NCBI RefSeq assembly: GCF_009834535.1
Contig: NC_045696.1
Coordinates: forward strand, 99,884,001 to 99,948,000
Direction of reading: 5' to 3'
From: Camelus ferus
Taxonomy: Eukaryota
DNA: 64,000 nucleotides
The notes beneath the pieces are model-generated. The model did not search any database and was not told where the DNA came from. It worked only from the letters and a program-made list of their open reading frames with translations. Of the stretch, positions 1 through 14,260 are shown piece after piece. The stretch's first letter is position 1. Every line of letters begins with the position of its first letter. Position numbers and translations under genes: made by a program.

Positions 1-393
1 AAAGACCTCCCTATCCCATTAGCCAGCATTTTTACTCCTGGATATATACCTTCAAAAGGACTGTTACACCTGTGCATACGAACCATTGTCTTCCACAATG
101 GAAACACCAAATGTCCATTAAAATGGCAATGGGCAAAAATTGTATTCAATATACTCATAAAATGTAATCACATGCAGTGGCTGAAAACAATGTAATTTTA
201 TACATTATTGTCAATTTAAAAAAACCACAATATTAAATGCGTAAAACATGTTTTAGAATTATACCTAAAATAACATTTATATAAATCAAGAAAAACAAGT
301 AATTCTCTCATATTCCATATATATGTATACTTAGTTATATATGTCCATATGTATATATTTATGCATGTATGCATATAATTTCTAGGGACACAT

Positions 394-548
394 TTTTTTA
401 CCTTTGTTTTTGTTTTTGTTTTGGTGGGGGGAGGTAATTAGGTTTGTTTATTTATTTATTTATTTTTAATGCAGGTGCTGGGGATTGAACCCAGGACCTC
501 GTGCATACTAAGCACGTGCTCTGCCACTGAGCTATACCCTTCCCCTCC
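394..548 (-). mobile_element. tRNA-derived SINE, Vic-1-like (camelid type)
   Basis: Minus strand reads GGGTATAGCTCAGTGGCAGAGCAC...GGGTTCAATCCCCAGCACC (pol III A and B boxes), then (TAAA)n and an A-rich tail. Flanked by direct repeat AGGGACACAT at 384-393 and 549-558. Confidence 0.85.
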
Positions 549-2897
549 AGGGACACATATTTTCATAGTAAAACCAGAGGCAGAATAACCATTAAGCTAA
601 TGAAATATTCCTAAAGCCAGTACTCCCAGTCCTGGTCCTTGGTCCTGTCCCAGATCTGTAGGCTTACATCTTAATCCATTCTGCATTCTCTCCCCAAAGG
701 ATGTCATCCAGAGCACATTGCTGACTTTGTTCTGTTTTGGCTTATAACAGGTGGCATTTCTTTTCTCTCACTATCTAGGTTTAAATAAATTGACAGTCTC
801 TCCCTTTGTACTGAGTAAGACAATTTTAGTGAGCCCTTTCAGCCATGAAAATTTAAGTCTAGTATCTAACAGCTAAAGAATTAAATGATAGGGAAGTTCT
901 GAACAATGATGTAACATTGAATGGACAAATCTTCTGAAATAGCTGTGATACATCCTGTGCAAAGGCCACGGGCAGGGCATGATTGCACCAGATTATGATG
1001 CAATGTGTTTCCATTTCCTTTTGGCTGAAACTGAAGATAGGGGATATAGAAATTCTTCTTTCAAGGTGGAAGGAGGGGAGAACAAGGACAAGCAAGGCAG
1101 GGCATCCTAAGAAGATGAGCACACCCAAGCAGCAGAGCAGCAGGGCACAAGATCAGGAGAGAGAAGCTAGTGGGGAGTTTTGCTGGGAAGGGGCAGACCA
1201 CTGATTCGAGGTTTTCTGATACTCACTTTCACATCTCATCTTTTGTACTGCAATCCCCACCGCTATCCTCAAGTCTTGGCTTATGTCTGCTGGACAGGCC
1301 TACCTTGTACTGTTTAATTTCATGGGATTCAGGGAGCAGAATAAAACACTGATGACAAAATAAATCTGATGCTGCTTGAAAAAGCCAAGGGCTTCATAGC
1401 ACAGATACAAGAGGACAGTGTGACCATTTTGAGGACTGATAGTGGTCCTGGTGCTCCTCCAGAGGTGGCAAGTGTTAGGAGCAATGGAGTGAGGGCACCT
1501 GGAAGGCAGGACCGGAGGTGAGGCTAGCTTGTGGAGGGTGGGAGTCCTTGGTAACAGGCCACTTGAAACGTACCAGAGGTCCCTTAAGGAAGGTTTGTGA
1601 GCTTCTCCTTCATGCTTAATTCATTTAGATGTTTATATTTTGTTTCATAATTGGTGCTCTGTTGAAAAATCAAAATTAACTGGTCCATTAGGACCATAAC
1701 TTAAAATACCATGGTTGATAGTGCTAATAACAACTTAGGTTCTTTGGATCAAAGGTTTTCCAAATGCCCATGACCAACATTAAGAAGTCTGTGAAACACA
1801 GAATTTAGATATAAACTACAAATATATTTAAACACCTTTTCTGCAAAATGGTAACAAATAACGGCAGCCCTTTTCAACCTTGAACGTTTCAAAACAACAA
1901 CAAAAAGAAACATCTCTTTGCCAAATCAGAAGAACCCAAATTTTTGGCTGTCTACAACCTGTGAGCTGGCTTTACAATCTTTCATCATTATCCATGCCTC
2001 TTCACACCACTTAACTATTTTTGAAAGTAGACAGTGTTGCTGATAACCCAGTATATCCTTCAGGTTCAACTTTTGCAAATCATGCCACCCAGGGCAATTG
2101 ACTTTGTGAGCAAAATCTCCACGGTCACTTGGTTAGCTGCATTTAGAAATATGCAGGTTACAGTGGTTTGGTTTGGTTTCTTTTTCCTCCTCAGTACACA
2201 ATACAGTTAATTATTACCTGTATATTTTGTTTAAATTTGGGAGGTTATTGGAGGTTTGTATTTTCAAATGCTTCTGACTCATTAAATTCAACTAAAAATG
2301 AAAATAAAGATGTATTTGTTTGTAAATAGTGGGGAAAACATCCTCTTCTTGTTTGTTATGGGGAGAGAGAGTAGGGAGAAATCTTGAGAAAAAATAAGAA
2401 TATGGATGTTCAAACATTTTCAAAATACAGAAAAACTTATTTAGAACTATCAGAAGCTTACATGTGATAGAATGTTTTGTCACAGACTCTGGTACAAGAG
2501 GGATCGAGAAATTAGAAAAAATAATAGAGTATTTCAGATATAGTCATGAATGAAAAAATATGTATTCCAAGTGATAATTTTTTAAACTTAAGTGGAAATA
2601 AGAGCCATAAAAATGAGTGTTGTATATTTTTCTTCCTGGTTGTTATTATTTTGAAATTCTTTCAGCCACCAAGTGGTATTAGGGTTTCTGAGTAGTGTTT
2701 ACTTTTGATGATAGCTTCGTCTCCCCCTGTTGTTCAAAATGATGAAATACAGCCCTCTGGAAACAGCAAAGCACTCCCTTCCTCTAGACAGACACCTTCT
2801 GAAGTTTCCTGCATGCTGTATTTTCTCCCCTTGGTTCAGGAAGAAAAGCTTCTTCTTTTAACCCGACTGCCTTTGAAGAAGGGACTCAGACATCTTC

Positions 2898-2910
2898 ATG
2901 GCCTCTAAAG
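2898..2910 (+). CDS. PLSCR5: Phospholipid scramblase family member 5, coding exon 1 (MASK + first base of D)
   Basis: ATGGCCTCTAAAG|gtaaga; strong donor; phase 1 joins exon 2 to give MASKDAQNQRRG, the PLSCR5 N-terminus. Confidence 0.92.
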
Positions 2911-5299
2911 GTAAGAGTGGATATAGGCAGCTAAAAAAATTTTGCTTTTATTATGGCTAAAAATACACAGTTGTAAGGATGTTCTAATCAGTGAGACTGA
3001 TACTTTAGAACCTGTCACTTAGTGCTTTTGAACACTGGAATTTTTGAATTTTAACTCCAAGGAGCATGTTGTGTTAAATTTTAAAGAAAACCACTCTAGC
3101 TGATAGAATGTAAAAGTGAAGACTTGAAACAGTGAAGAAACGAACAATGTTTTCGTTACCATAAATATACACCTAGTGACTTAATAAGAAAAGCAGCATA
3201 GCAAAATTGAGAGTAGAAATATTTAATGTCAAACACAAAGACAAGTTGATATTTCAAGTTTAAAGGCATTTGAAGAAAACTTTTCACACGTAAGTTAAAA
3301 TGTGTAAAAGTATAGCTCAGTATTTTTAAATTTCCCATTTGTTGTTTAAAATATGTGATACAGCCATTTATCATAGAGAATTCAACATTGTTATGGAGAA
3401 ATTCTAGTAAATGTAACGGACTAGAAGTAAACACATCTGAACTAGCAAAAAATCTTTCAAAATTTCTTTGATGGTAAATTATATATAAAAAGCAAACAGA
3501 AACTAATTTAAGCGAGCAGATTAATTAAAGACTTTGCGAGGAGGAACTGGTAGGTTTTCCTCAAATGCCTAAAACTATGTAAATATCATCAGTGTTACTT
3601 TAAAGAACTTCTCAAAAGACTAGGGATGTGCTTGTTTTAAGATAATGGGTTGCAATCTCACTAAAAACACTTGTGAAATTATATAAAAATGAAATTATAA
3701 TGTGTTTTCATTCCATTATCAGAAGAAACCATTAAACTCTAGGCTATAATGAAAAGTTTTAATGTGGAGAATTATGATTAGTATAATTGGTGGAAACCTT
3801 TTAACCTAATTGCAAATAGGATAATAGAGCCCACTGATTTAAAATATCCTGAATTAACTTAATGATGCATTCAAAGAAATGTGTATACTTATTTGTTTCC
3901 TTTATCAAACTCTGTTTTTTGGATGCTATTCAATTTGGAACAAAGGAAGCAATCTTTTCATTTTTTGTCAACATTTAATGTACCCCAGTCCCTGAGTATC
4001 ATTGGGAGAGTGCAAACAAATTATAAAATATAGACATGAAACATCAGAATCATGAATTTTAATATATACGTGCTTCATTTCTCTGTCTGAAGACAGACAA
4101 ACAAAATCTTGACAAGTCCTTTCTTTCATTTAAGATTGACACTAAGACTCAGTCCAAAACACTTCATCGCTTTCTAAGAGCCACAGCAACAACTGTGGCC
4201 TGTGAGGTAAAGAGTTGCAGAGTACGTGAAATATTTATAAGCTGGTTATACATTTTTAAAAGAGTAGATAGAAATTCAAAGGAGTTCCTTCTTCATCTGG
4301 TGGTCTGAGTCTTTGAAGAAACTTGTGACTAGAAAGCAATATTATGATCAAAATACGATTAATCTTCCAAAAAAGCTACGATGCTCAGTAATCACAAGGA
4401 CTCAAGACAAAACTTAGAGGTAAAACTTCAGGTGGAAAACTAACACTCTTTCTGCAACCCACTCAAAATACTTAACAGATGAAGTGGGTAAAACATTTGT
4501 TAGAGACCCTTTTCTAAAAAAAAAAAAAGTAAAAAAAATGAAGTTTTCTTTGGAATTAGACATCCGGTTTGAGGGGCAAGTCAGGATATCATCATTTCCC
4601 GAAAATATTTTTGTGGAGTTTTATTCAAAGATATTTAAAGACATTATTTATAACATCATGATGCTCTCTGACCCATGAGTCTGCACTGGCATTTAGCGTT
4701 TTCCCAGGGAATGCAGGCTAACAACATTTTACATTTCGTAGGCAGTTCAGTAAGCATCACTACATCAGCCAGGAGACTGGAGGCCATTAGAACAGAAGTA
4801 TTTGTGTGGTCTGGAAGTCCCCTGGTTTAGTATAAATAAACATAAATTGAAGAATGGGTTGGTCTCTTAAGTTTGAGAAAAACAAGAGTTTCTAGGATGA
4901 TCTAAACTGAACAGGAGCTTCAGTTTAGAGCTTCAAAGGCAGTGCTGCTCCGATGTAAGCTGAAACCCCAGAAGAGAAATGATCTCAGCAGTCTCTGACT
5001 GAGCCTCTGCTCCCACTAAAGATAGTGGGCATGTTCTGCTCTCGGCCCTGGTGCATTAATGCTTCTGGACCTGCTGCGAAATCTAACAACCTAAAAACCT
5101 CAGTCAGGAATATAGAGCCATCCTCCAGAAACTCAACAACCTACCGGATGCATTTTGTCACAGCAAAATAGTTTACAAGATTAAACTGGAGTAGTTTGCT
5201 AATCTTTTTAACAATACAATTGACAATGAGAGAGAATCTAATGATCTTCTATCAGCTATTATCAGAAATTAATCCCTACCCATTATTTTTTAATCAAAG

Positions 5300-5510
5300 G
5301 ATTACATGTGGACAGTTAAGTGCATAAAAGGCACCAAACTTAAGTTCTATGATTCTTAAAATCAGGATGCACTCATGTAACCACCATGAAGATCAAGACA
5401 CAGAACATTTCTGGTACCTCACAATGTTCCCTTTTTGATCAATAGCCATGCACCTCCACTCCCAAGATGAACGCCTACTATTTCATCATTATGAACTAGT
5501 TTTCCCTAGA
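5300..5510 (-). mobile_element. Old L1M 3' fragment
   Basis: CACTCATGTAACCACCA..GATCAAGACACAGAACATTTC resembles the reverse complement of ancient L1M 3'UTRs; boundaries approximate. Confidence 0.5.
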
Positions 5511-6959
5511 TCACAATTTGCCTTTGTTTCTCTGAAAGTCAACGACAGCAGTGGTTTTGGCACTAATGCCAAAGAAAGGATGTCTGTTGCCTTGTATTAT
5601 TTTCCAGTTATTGCCCTAGTGGGCATTAGCTCCTCTCCTAAATCTGACATGGTGATACATAGTCTTCCTCTCAGTTTACCGCTTGGGGTCTCATTCTCAA
5701 GAGCAAGAGGAGTTCTAAAGCCTATACCCTTTATGTCTGCCTAGATCTGAGAGAAGCTCAGGATGGGGGCCTTTGGGGAAGCAAACTGTTGTATTATCAT
5801 CGGTATAGAGCTCTGTGTTAGTGGAGCCAAATGACAAGTTTGCTTCCATGTGGCCCTACCCCTAAAGCATGTCCAAATTCTAAACATCTCAGACCAGTAT
5901 CATCTTGGGGATCCATCTCCGTCTATTCCTACATCCTTCTGGTTAAATAAGCAAACAGATCATCTGGCAATTAGTGTCCCTCATTAACACCACACGTACA
6001 CACGACCTTACTGAGCCTATCATTGCTAGAAATAGTCTATGTCAGTGTCCAAAGGCCCACCCCTTGGATGCCTATGTTTCTTCGCCAGTTGTTTTTTTTA
6101 AAGTCCTCTTCACGTGCTTATCCAGGCTATCCTTGAATTCTCTTAATGAAGGGAAACTTATAATTTCCAAAAGAAATTCAGTCCTTTCTTCAAATTTAAT
6201 TTTAGAGGTTTAAAAGATTCATAAGAATACCACCCACCCCCACCACCCACCTACCCCCCCTCCACACACACATTGTGTGGACTTGGTGACAGTGCTAAAG
6301 AGAGACCATTCTAATCTATTGTGAATTATATAGATGTCACTCCAGTTTTAATATACATACAGTGAGTCCCTATCCAAATCTTTGTGCAGCTGTTATAAAT
6401 TTCTTCCTTATATTAATCCAGAACCAGTTTCCTTGTCCCTCCCATTTTTATGTCTTTAAAATAGTCAAGTTACCTGTCTTCATTACAGTCCCTCTACTAT
6501 TTGAAAACACCTGTCAGGAACCTTGCTCCACCCCTACACTCAATCTAAAACAGCAAAGTGTAAACCAAATGAATGCACATATATGAACTCTTATAATTTG
6601 GCTTAATAAAGATGAGAAGTGAAAACAGTGATAGTCTTTTAAAAATATGCATATTGGTATCTAATGAGGGAGATAGCCAAATAGCAGTCATGTGAAAAAA
6701 GAAACAGGAAAAATAATAGTAGAAAAGCCGTAAAGTATATTTTTAACAAAGAAGACTTTCGCATGCACCACACATCAGAGCTTATGCATAATAATAAAGT
6801 TGTAATGTTGAATGAGCTACAAAGGATTTCATACTGTCAAAATTTTGAGGGTGCTTCTATACCAAATACTGAGAAATCAAAGTTAAATTAGATATTACAC
6901 TGCTCTTAAGAAACTAATAAATTAGTTATAAGAATCTTATAGTATATATAGAATTAAAC

Positions 6960-7148
6960 CATTAGTTCTCAAAGGATATATCGTCAGACCAGCAGCATTA
7001 GTTTACCTGGGAACTTATTAGAAATGCAAATTCTCTAGCCCCACCCCCACCGCAACCACTGAGCCAGCCAGTCTGGAGTGGGCCCAGCCTGTGCGTTTTA
7101 ACAAGCCCTCTAGGTGGTTCTGGTGCAGGCTAAAGTTAAGAACCACTG
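6960..7148. mobile_element. MER5A (hAT-Charlie non-autonomous DNA transposon), full length
   Basis: 189 bp; ends CATTAGTTCTC...AGAACCACTG; internal TTAGAAATGCAAATTCTC and TTTTAACAAGCCCTC; exact 8-bp duplication AATTAAAC at 6952-6959 and 7149-7156. Confidence 0.88.
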
Positions 7149-7623
7149 AATTAAACATAGCCTTAGCAGCATGATTGATAAAAAGAGAGAAAATCTCCTT
7201 GGAAATATAAGGCACCTTCATAATACTTGAGGAAGGGAGGAAAAGCTTGAAAGTCATACTTATGATTCAGAACCGATTTCTAAGGCTCTCCTTTTATGAG
7301 TGGAGAATGTCTAGTTTCTTTTACCATCACTTTTCCTTTTGTGGTTTATAATCTTCCAGCTCTTTGAATAGAAGTTTAACTTGCCTTCAAAAAAATGTAT
7401 CTTTTTAAAATCATGTATTTTGCCCAAGTTACCCAACTTTTTCTCACAACCACCTCTGGTAGTCTTCCACATTCCTCTTCCTTGCTCTGAAGGAAAGGGC
7501 ACTAAAGGGAAAGGCAGCAGCAGACATCCTACCGTCGGAATTAAGAAGTAACAAAGATTATAAGACAAACTAAATAAAATGGCCTAACTTTAAATATGGG
7601 CTGGGATTTTCATTCTGTTGCAG

Positions 7624-7784
7624 ATGCACAGAACCAGAGAAGAGGTCTGCCCAGTTTTCTTCCCGGAGCTCCAGACCCAGACCATGGCGTTCATGTCTCA
7701 CCGTCCAATTCAGGGAACTTAGTGTGGCAGCCGGGTCTCCCTCCACCAGGCAGTCTCCCTCCTGGTCTGGAATATTTAAGCCAG
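7624..7784 (+). CDS. PLSCR5: PLSCR5 coding exon 2 (Pro-rich N-terminus, ends PPGLEYLSQ)
   Basis: ttgcag|ATGCACAG...AGCCAG|gtgact; 161 nt; DAQNQRRGLPSFLPGAPDPD...LPPGLEYLSQ. Confidence 0.95.
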
Positions 7785-10404
7785 GTGACTTTCTCTATTT
7801 CTATGAACTGTTTCCCCTTAAAATGAATACAACTGTGGTTTCTTGCCTTTTGATCAAGATTGAAGAACTTCAACAAATAACTTACTGAGGTCAGAAAAGC
7901 ATTATAAATCATGAAATTCTAAAATGTGTATTTTACTTATTTCCATTGATTGAGAAGAAGCTTATGTGTTCCTATATGACCATTTCTATTTGCCTTATTT
8001 ATTCGACAGAGTGAGGAGACTAAACCTTTTTGATTGAGCTGTTTAGCACATGCATCCCTCTTCTGCTCATTGCTCAAGGTGTCAGCAAATTTATCCTGGA
8101 GGAATTGTCTAAAATGTCTAGTCACCTACAGCTATTAAAGAATATTTATTGAGTACCTGCTACAATCAAGGTATATAAATGGCATAAAACCTAGTCCTTC
8201 TCACCCAAACATTCTGCAACCTCACAGGCAAAGACAAAAAATGTTGACAAAAAGTGCGAGGCTGGGTATGAGAGCCAGATGAGCACACAGTTTTAATTTG
8301 TGCAGGTGTACAGAGTAGAGCAAGGTTGTTAAGGATCAAAGTACTCAGGAGAGACTTCTGCAATGAGTACAGTTCATCATCGTCAGCTGAATCTCAAAAT
8401 GTGGTTGGAAATCCAAGAGAAAGCCAGTTATCAAGGTAGCATTATTGTCTCCTTATACTGTTGCATCTCCGGGCCAATTTGCTCAGAAGATAGTTATTAT
8501 TATTAGATCCAGCCACTGTTCGGTTCCTTAGAGGGTAAGCAATGATTCAAGCCTTATAATAAATAATCAAGAAATATCATCATCTGAATTCTAGGGCACA
8601 TAAAAAGCAACCGATAGTTACGTACATTCTTGTTGCTTTTGTATTTATCCTACAAAAGATTAGAAACACACTTACACTAATATTGAGATGTCAGCACATC
8701 TGCTGCAATTTTCAGCTTGTTTGGCATTCTTTCAAACTATAAAGTCTATCTCCTTTATCAAAATCAAATCTCTGTGTTAATTCCCTGAAGGTACAAGAGA
8801 TTTTGGTTATGCCTGATAGGGTTTAAGCTGCATGCAGCATATGTTCCTGGGAAAATGTTTATAATTGCAGATGCCGTCTCCAGAAACCCACTGGCAGACA
8901 AATGTACTTTAGAGACTGGAGAGCTCAGGGAGATATGTAAAAGAGCTGGAAAAGCTAACCTACCATCTTCCATCTGCAGAAAGGATCAGCTGTAATAGCT
9001 GACTAGAGTTGATTAACTGCTGCAAGCTGTTTGGGACTGTTGTCAGACAAGGTTTTGCCAAGTATAAAAGTGATATACCAGTGCCAGAGGGCTGAGGTTT
9101 GATAACCACATATGGTCATCACATATTCTTCTTCCATCCATGAATGATGACACACCCGGAGCCAGATGCTTGACACAAATACATGTTTTTCACATTCGGT
9201 AGATAGAGATATGAACCCATTGGCTTCCGTTCTAAAATGAAGTCAATTTTCCAAAAATATACCTTTGGTAATCTTTTTTTTTTTTCAGGAAACAAAAATA
9301 TGCCACAAAATTGGTAACTATTTTACTTCAAAGGGAGACAATTTACAATCTTCATACTAACAGAACACTTACTTGCTTTAAAGTGGTGCATACAGAACAG
9401 GATGAATGAGCCTTTTGAAGTTTAATTCTACTTGTTTGTAAGAAACATATATAAAGAATTCTGTGTGCTAACTTTTATCTAAAATCCCACAAGATTAAAT
9501 AAAATTATGAGCATGTGAAAATAGTATATGCTTCAATATACAAACACAAAACTATTCAATAAATATCCTTCTAAATTAAAAAAACAATGTAAAATTTTTT
9601 TGAATTATTCTCTTTTAATCAAGACTATCCAATGACTATTGAAAATTGTGTTCCCATTAACAATTTGAAAATAAACCCCTAGGTGAGGGGAGGGAGGTGT
9701 TTGTGTATACATATATATACATACACATATGTATATGTGTATACATATATGTTGTTCATGTAGGTTAAGCCTAAGAATAAAACCAATACATTCTCTTTCC
9801 AGATTGGATTAACATATTCATAATAGTCAATAACATTTTATCTCATAAGCATCAAAGGATAACGATTATAACTTAGTCACCTATAGGGGAGAGTTTTGAG
9901 TTAAAATCTACAAAGACACATGTAAAGACCTCATTTATTTTTAAGTACTTATATTAAATGGAATCACTGACACTTGTAAACCTGATAAATTATATATAAG
10001 AATTGATTCTTGGCTACATATTCAAGGCTGTCATTAGGTGTCCATTCTACAGCTTTCGTACTTGAGGAGGGCTTCAGTTGCCCTAATGCTCAAATACATG
10101 ATGCAGTCTATTTAAAGTTTGCAAAAATTCCTAGTCCATCAATTAATAGCAAAAGATGAAAAGGGCTCTTTTGGACCATGGTTTAGAAGTGACCCAGGGG
10201 GACTCAAAGGAAATTACAAAAATAACCAAAAACAAGACCCTCAAATCCAGGAGGTTTTCCCACACAGAGAGAGCAAATCAAATGTTATTACAGAGGATGG
10301 GTGAGTTTGAGAGTAAATAGGGAGGCAAGGTACTCAAAGTCCCATAGTATCACTTAAGAATTGTTTCTCCCAGGTCCTAAGGTTACTTTAGTGATGCTGG
10401 TACA

Positions 10405-10640
10405 GCAGAGCAGAAAGCATGTCAAAGTCGGTGGCATCCCTGCCTGGGTCAAATCCCAGCCTAACCATTTACAGGCTCTGTGATCTTAAGCAAACTTCTT
10501 TCTCTCTCTGGGATTGTCTCCTCACACACTAAATGTAATGATACCTAACTCTCTGAGTGTGTGTGAGGATTAAATCAGACACCGTCAAAATACCTAGCAC
10601 AGTGACTACCTCAGTAAACAGCCTCTATTGTTAGATATTA
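10405..10640 (+). mobile_element. MIR SINE
   Basis: CTGCCTGGGTCAAATCCCAGC..TGTGATCTTAAGCAA..GTGAGGATTAAAT..CTAGCACAGTG follows the MIR core order. Confidence 0.7.
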
Positions 10641-12173
10641 GAAAGGTACAATTTCTCTTTTCAACTAATAGTCTCTAAATTTCAAGATGGAATCTTGATC
10701 CATGATACAAATATTCAAAGTTCCTCAACTGAAACCTGAGTTTCGCCCCCGTATTTCTTCTCCATCCCTAAGTTACTCCCACATGGATCCATGGCTAAAA
10801 ATCGTGGAAGTCCTTATTGAAGCTTACTACTCCTCTTTTCTCTTGACTCTCCATTTTCCTCAAAAGAGGAGAACAGAGCTAACAACACTACACTACAAAA
10901 GACCAATTCTAACTTTTTTTAAAAAGCCTTTGTCATGGTTGTTAAAATATGTTTTAGAATATCTTAAATCGTAAATTACTTTTGAAAAAAAATTTTTTTT
11001 GTGAATCTTAAAAAGGAGGCCACATGCACAGTTTTATCAATAATGACTTATATAGAAGAAATGATACCATGAAGAAATAATATAAATGAAGGAAATAAGG
11101 TAACCATATTTTCAGGGTTTGTGATGCTTAACCAATACCAAATATTGGTAATGACTACTTCCCTTTACCAGTTACCAGTGAATTTATTATTTGTGAAGGG
11201 AGAATAAAGTGAAGAAAATTTTAAGGCAAAACAGAAAATGAAGCATTAAAAAAGACAATAATCAGCACTGTGTTCAGTGTTCATGATTTCATCTTAGTGA
11301 ATCTTTAAGAACTAAATATCAAAACTAAAATCTACACAAACAAAATTCATTCTAAGAACATATTTTAAATAGTCCCTTTAAAAGACAATTTGTATTCTAT
11401 ACTTTTTTAATATAGTCATTTCTCAACTGTCTGTGGATACTTTATCTCTGTAAATTGATTTTATTTCTAATTACACAGGTAAATTTTAATACATCATGCA
11501 TTTAGTGGCTTAACTCTTATTCTGCTTAAACTGGAATTTTGTTGGCATGAGCAGGGTTTCTGGGGGGTTTTGTTGTTGTTTTTTGTTTTGTTTGTTTTTT
11601 GCAGTCCAAAGGAAGGTGTGAAGGAGAAAAATTTAAAGTCTAGACTTTTTCAGATTTAACAAAGACAGCTCATCACCGTGAGCAGCGAGTTACTGCATGA
11701 CATAGTGAAAGCGGAGCTAGGTAGGGCTGAGAGAAGCTAGGCATCAGATCATTGTTGTCTTTTGTTGTTACTGTTTCATTTCTTAAAAAGAGAGAGAGAG
11801 ATCTAAAACCTTACAGGCATTCTTATTCAGAGATTGTTTTAAAATATCTGCAAAGATATTGTTTCCAAGAGCTGCTCTTTTATCGCATTACAACAGAAAA
11901 AACACAGAGCTAACCACAGTTTCTGTTCTTATTCTGGGCAATTCTGTCTTGAAATTTTCAGGGTTCTTGTACTTTTTAAAAATTTTTACTTGAATAAAAA
12001 TCATATTATCTTCTTTTTCATTATAAAATGTGAGCAGTTTTCAATCATTCTTTAATAGAGAACATGGAAATCACCTAACTTCATGTAGTCTAGTAAACAG
12101 GTTAATAGCTGCAAAGGTTTTCAAAGAACTGTGATGTAACACCTTTTATTTCCTTTATGTCATCCTTTAACAG

Positions 12174-12216
12174 TTAGACCTGATAATTATACACCAGCAG
12201 GTGGAACTTCTTGGAA
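12174..12216 (+). CDS. PLSCR5: PLSCR5 coding exon 3 (LDLIIIHQQVELLG)
   Basis: ttaacag|TTAGACCTG...CTTGGAA|gtaagt; 43 nt; too short for the ORF track. Confidence 0.93.
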
Positions 12217-13274
12217 GTAAGTATATTATATTTTGTAATTATTAAAACTGTCAAAAACATTTTAAGTTGCAGAAGTTTCTCTACATCTAAATATTTTATA
12301 AACAATAAAGTTAAATGTTTAGGCTAAAATTGGATCAAAAAGAGGTCTCTTTTTTAAAATAAATATTGAATTATATATTTCAATATATACTTCAATATAT
12401 TTAGTCTGATATAGATAAATCTAAAAGCATTAAACTTTCTAAGTCTTTGATGATATTGTCACTAGGAATCTAACATTATTTTTCAGTTTTAAGGTAATAA
12501 AAGATATTTGATCATTTCCATGGCTGCTAATAATTTAAATTTTCTTAATAATTTCAGACATAGAAGTCAAGGTTGAGACTAGCAAAAACTCATCAAAACA
12601 ATTTACTGTTTTATCATATTGTCAGTGACTCATTAAATAGGCAAATCATTTAACAATACACACATTTACAATGATGACTAACTGAATTCAAATTATTCAA
12701 GAGTTTTTTATCCTTAATATTCTATGTTATTCCTAAGATATATCAAAATTGTAATAAATAGATAGCATGCATCTGTAAATATAGTACCAAATAGAGATTT
12801 TAGACAAAATCATTACTCTATGAGTTGTCCCAGTAAATTCCATAGATATGGCTATATTGATAGATTTAATATAATCAATAATATACTAAACCTATAATGT
12901 TAATTAAATATATAAGTGATATACATGATAGAACTATTATTTGAGTGTTAGATTCTAATTTGTAGCATTGCTTCCCTAATTAAAAAGTGTTACCACATGT
13001 TTCCAAGTAGGTCATACATCTGGAGTCAAAATTTATTAATTGCATAGCTTTGTTCTCAGAGTTTACCTTGATTTCTATGTCTAAATTCTCAAAATTTAGA
13101 GCATGGAAGTAGATTGATGTGAAGAAGATACCAAATACTTAGTAACTGATAAGTCACTCTGTTTTCTTTTAATAACACTGCCCATTTTACTCGTATAAAG
13201 ATTTGATACTAAGCAGAAGTATTATTTTGATAATTGGTGGTTTTTAATTTTTTTTTCTTGTTTTCCTCCATTAG

Positions 13275-13495
13275 TGATACTTGGCACTGAGACCTGCAAC
13301 AAATACGAGATTAAAAACAGCTTAGGACAAAGAATTTACTTTGCAGTGGAGGAAAGCATCTGCTTCAACCGTGCTTTCTGCTCTACGCTGCGCTCTTGCA
13401 CACTGAAGATCACCGACAACTCAGGCCGAGAGGTCATCACAGTCAACAGGCCCTTGAGGTGTAACAGCTGCTGGTGCCCTTGCTACCTACAAGAG
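13275..13495 (+). CDS. PLSCR5: PLSCR5 coding exon 4 (scramblase domain, Cys-rich CNSCWCPC motif)
   Basis: cattag|TGATACTTGGC...CAAGAG|gttagt; 221 nt; ILGTETCNKYEIKNSLGQRIYFAVEE...RPLRCNSCWCPCYLQE. Confidence 0.96.
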
Positions 13496-14109
13496 GTTAG
13501 TCATCGGCTCTGGGCATGCTTTTATTTCTACACGTTTGGAAAGTTCAGCAATTCTTTAATAAATGGCATTCATCTGGAGATATGGAGCAATTAACCTTTC
13601 AACTGGTTGAATTAATACATTGCTCCTTTAGGATCAGAACAGTTTAAGGAGTTGGTGATTCACTAAAATTTTTTCCTTTCCAACCAAAGACTAGAGTGGC
13701 TTCCGTGATGTTAATTGGTGAAGACAGCTCATGCCCTGTGTAAACAAGACACATCCTCCTGAATTTCTATTCTAGCCACATAATTGTATCTCTGAGTTCT
13801 ACCACTAAGCAAATCTACCCTTTGTCTTCTCTTACTGAGGCAAAGTTCAGGAAGTGCTGAGTGATACTAAACTCTTCTAAGATATTCTCTGGATTGGATA
13901 TTATTTTTGATAACAGAATCTCACATTCCCTTCACCATTTACGATAAACTTCAAGGCTTAGCAAAGACTATGTTATTGTTCTGGAGAGAATCATTTAATT
14001 ATTTTATTTTAATATATAATGGATTTTCATCACTGTTTAATATGATAACTTTCATTGACAAAATGCAGTTAAGTTGATATGGGGCGTTTACTTTGATGTC
14101 ACTGATATC

Positions 14110-14260
14110 ATGGCACCTCTATGAGTTAGAACAGGTTTTACTGTTCGCATTTTTCAGCTGAGGAAACTGGGGCTTAGAGAGCAGTGGTGACTTACCTATG
14201 ATCACACATCTAGGAATGATCATACATGGGACTTGATCCAGGCGTCCTTATTCAAGCCCA
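14110..14260 (-). mobile_element. MIR SINE fragment
   Basis: CATTTTTCAGCTGAGGAAACTGGGGCTTAGAGAG..GTGACTTACCTATGATCACACA is the reverse MIR core. Confidence 0.7.

Noticed and set aside
472..545. tRNA gene
   Set aside because: The tRNA-like part is followed by a SINE tail and flanked by a target-site duplication.
13496..13594. ORF extensions past exon 4 (and past exons 2 and 6)
   Set aside because: Read-through into introns beyond canonical GT donors; scramblase similarity stops at the donor.
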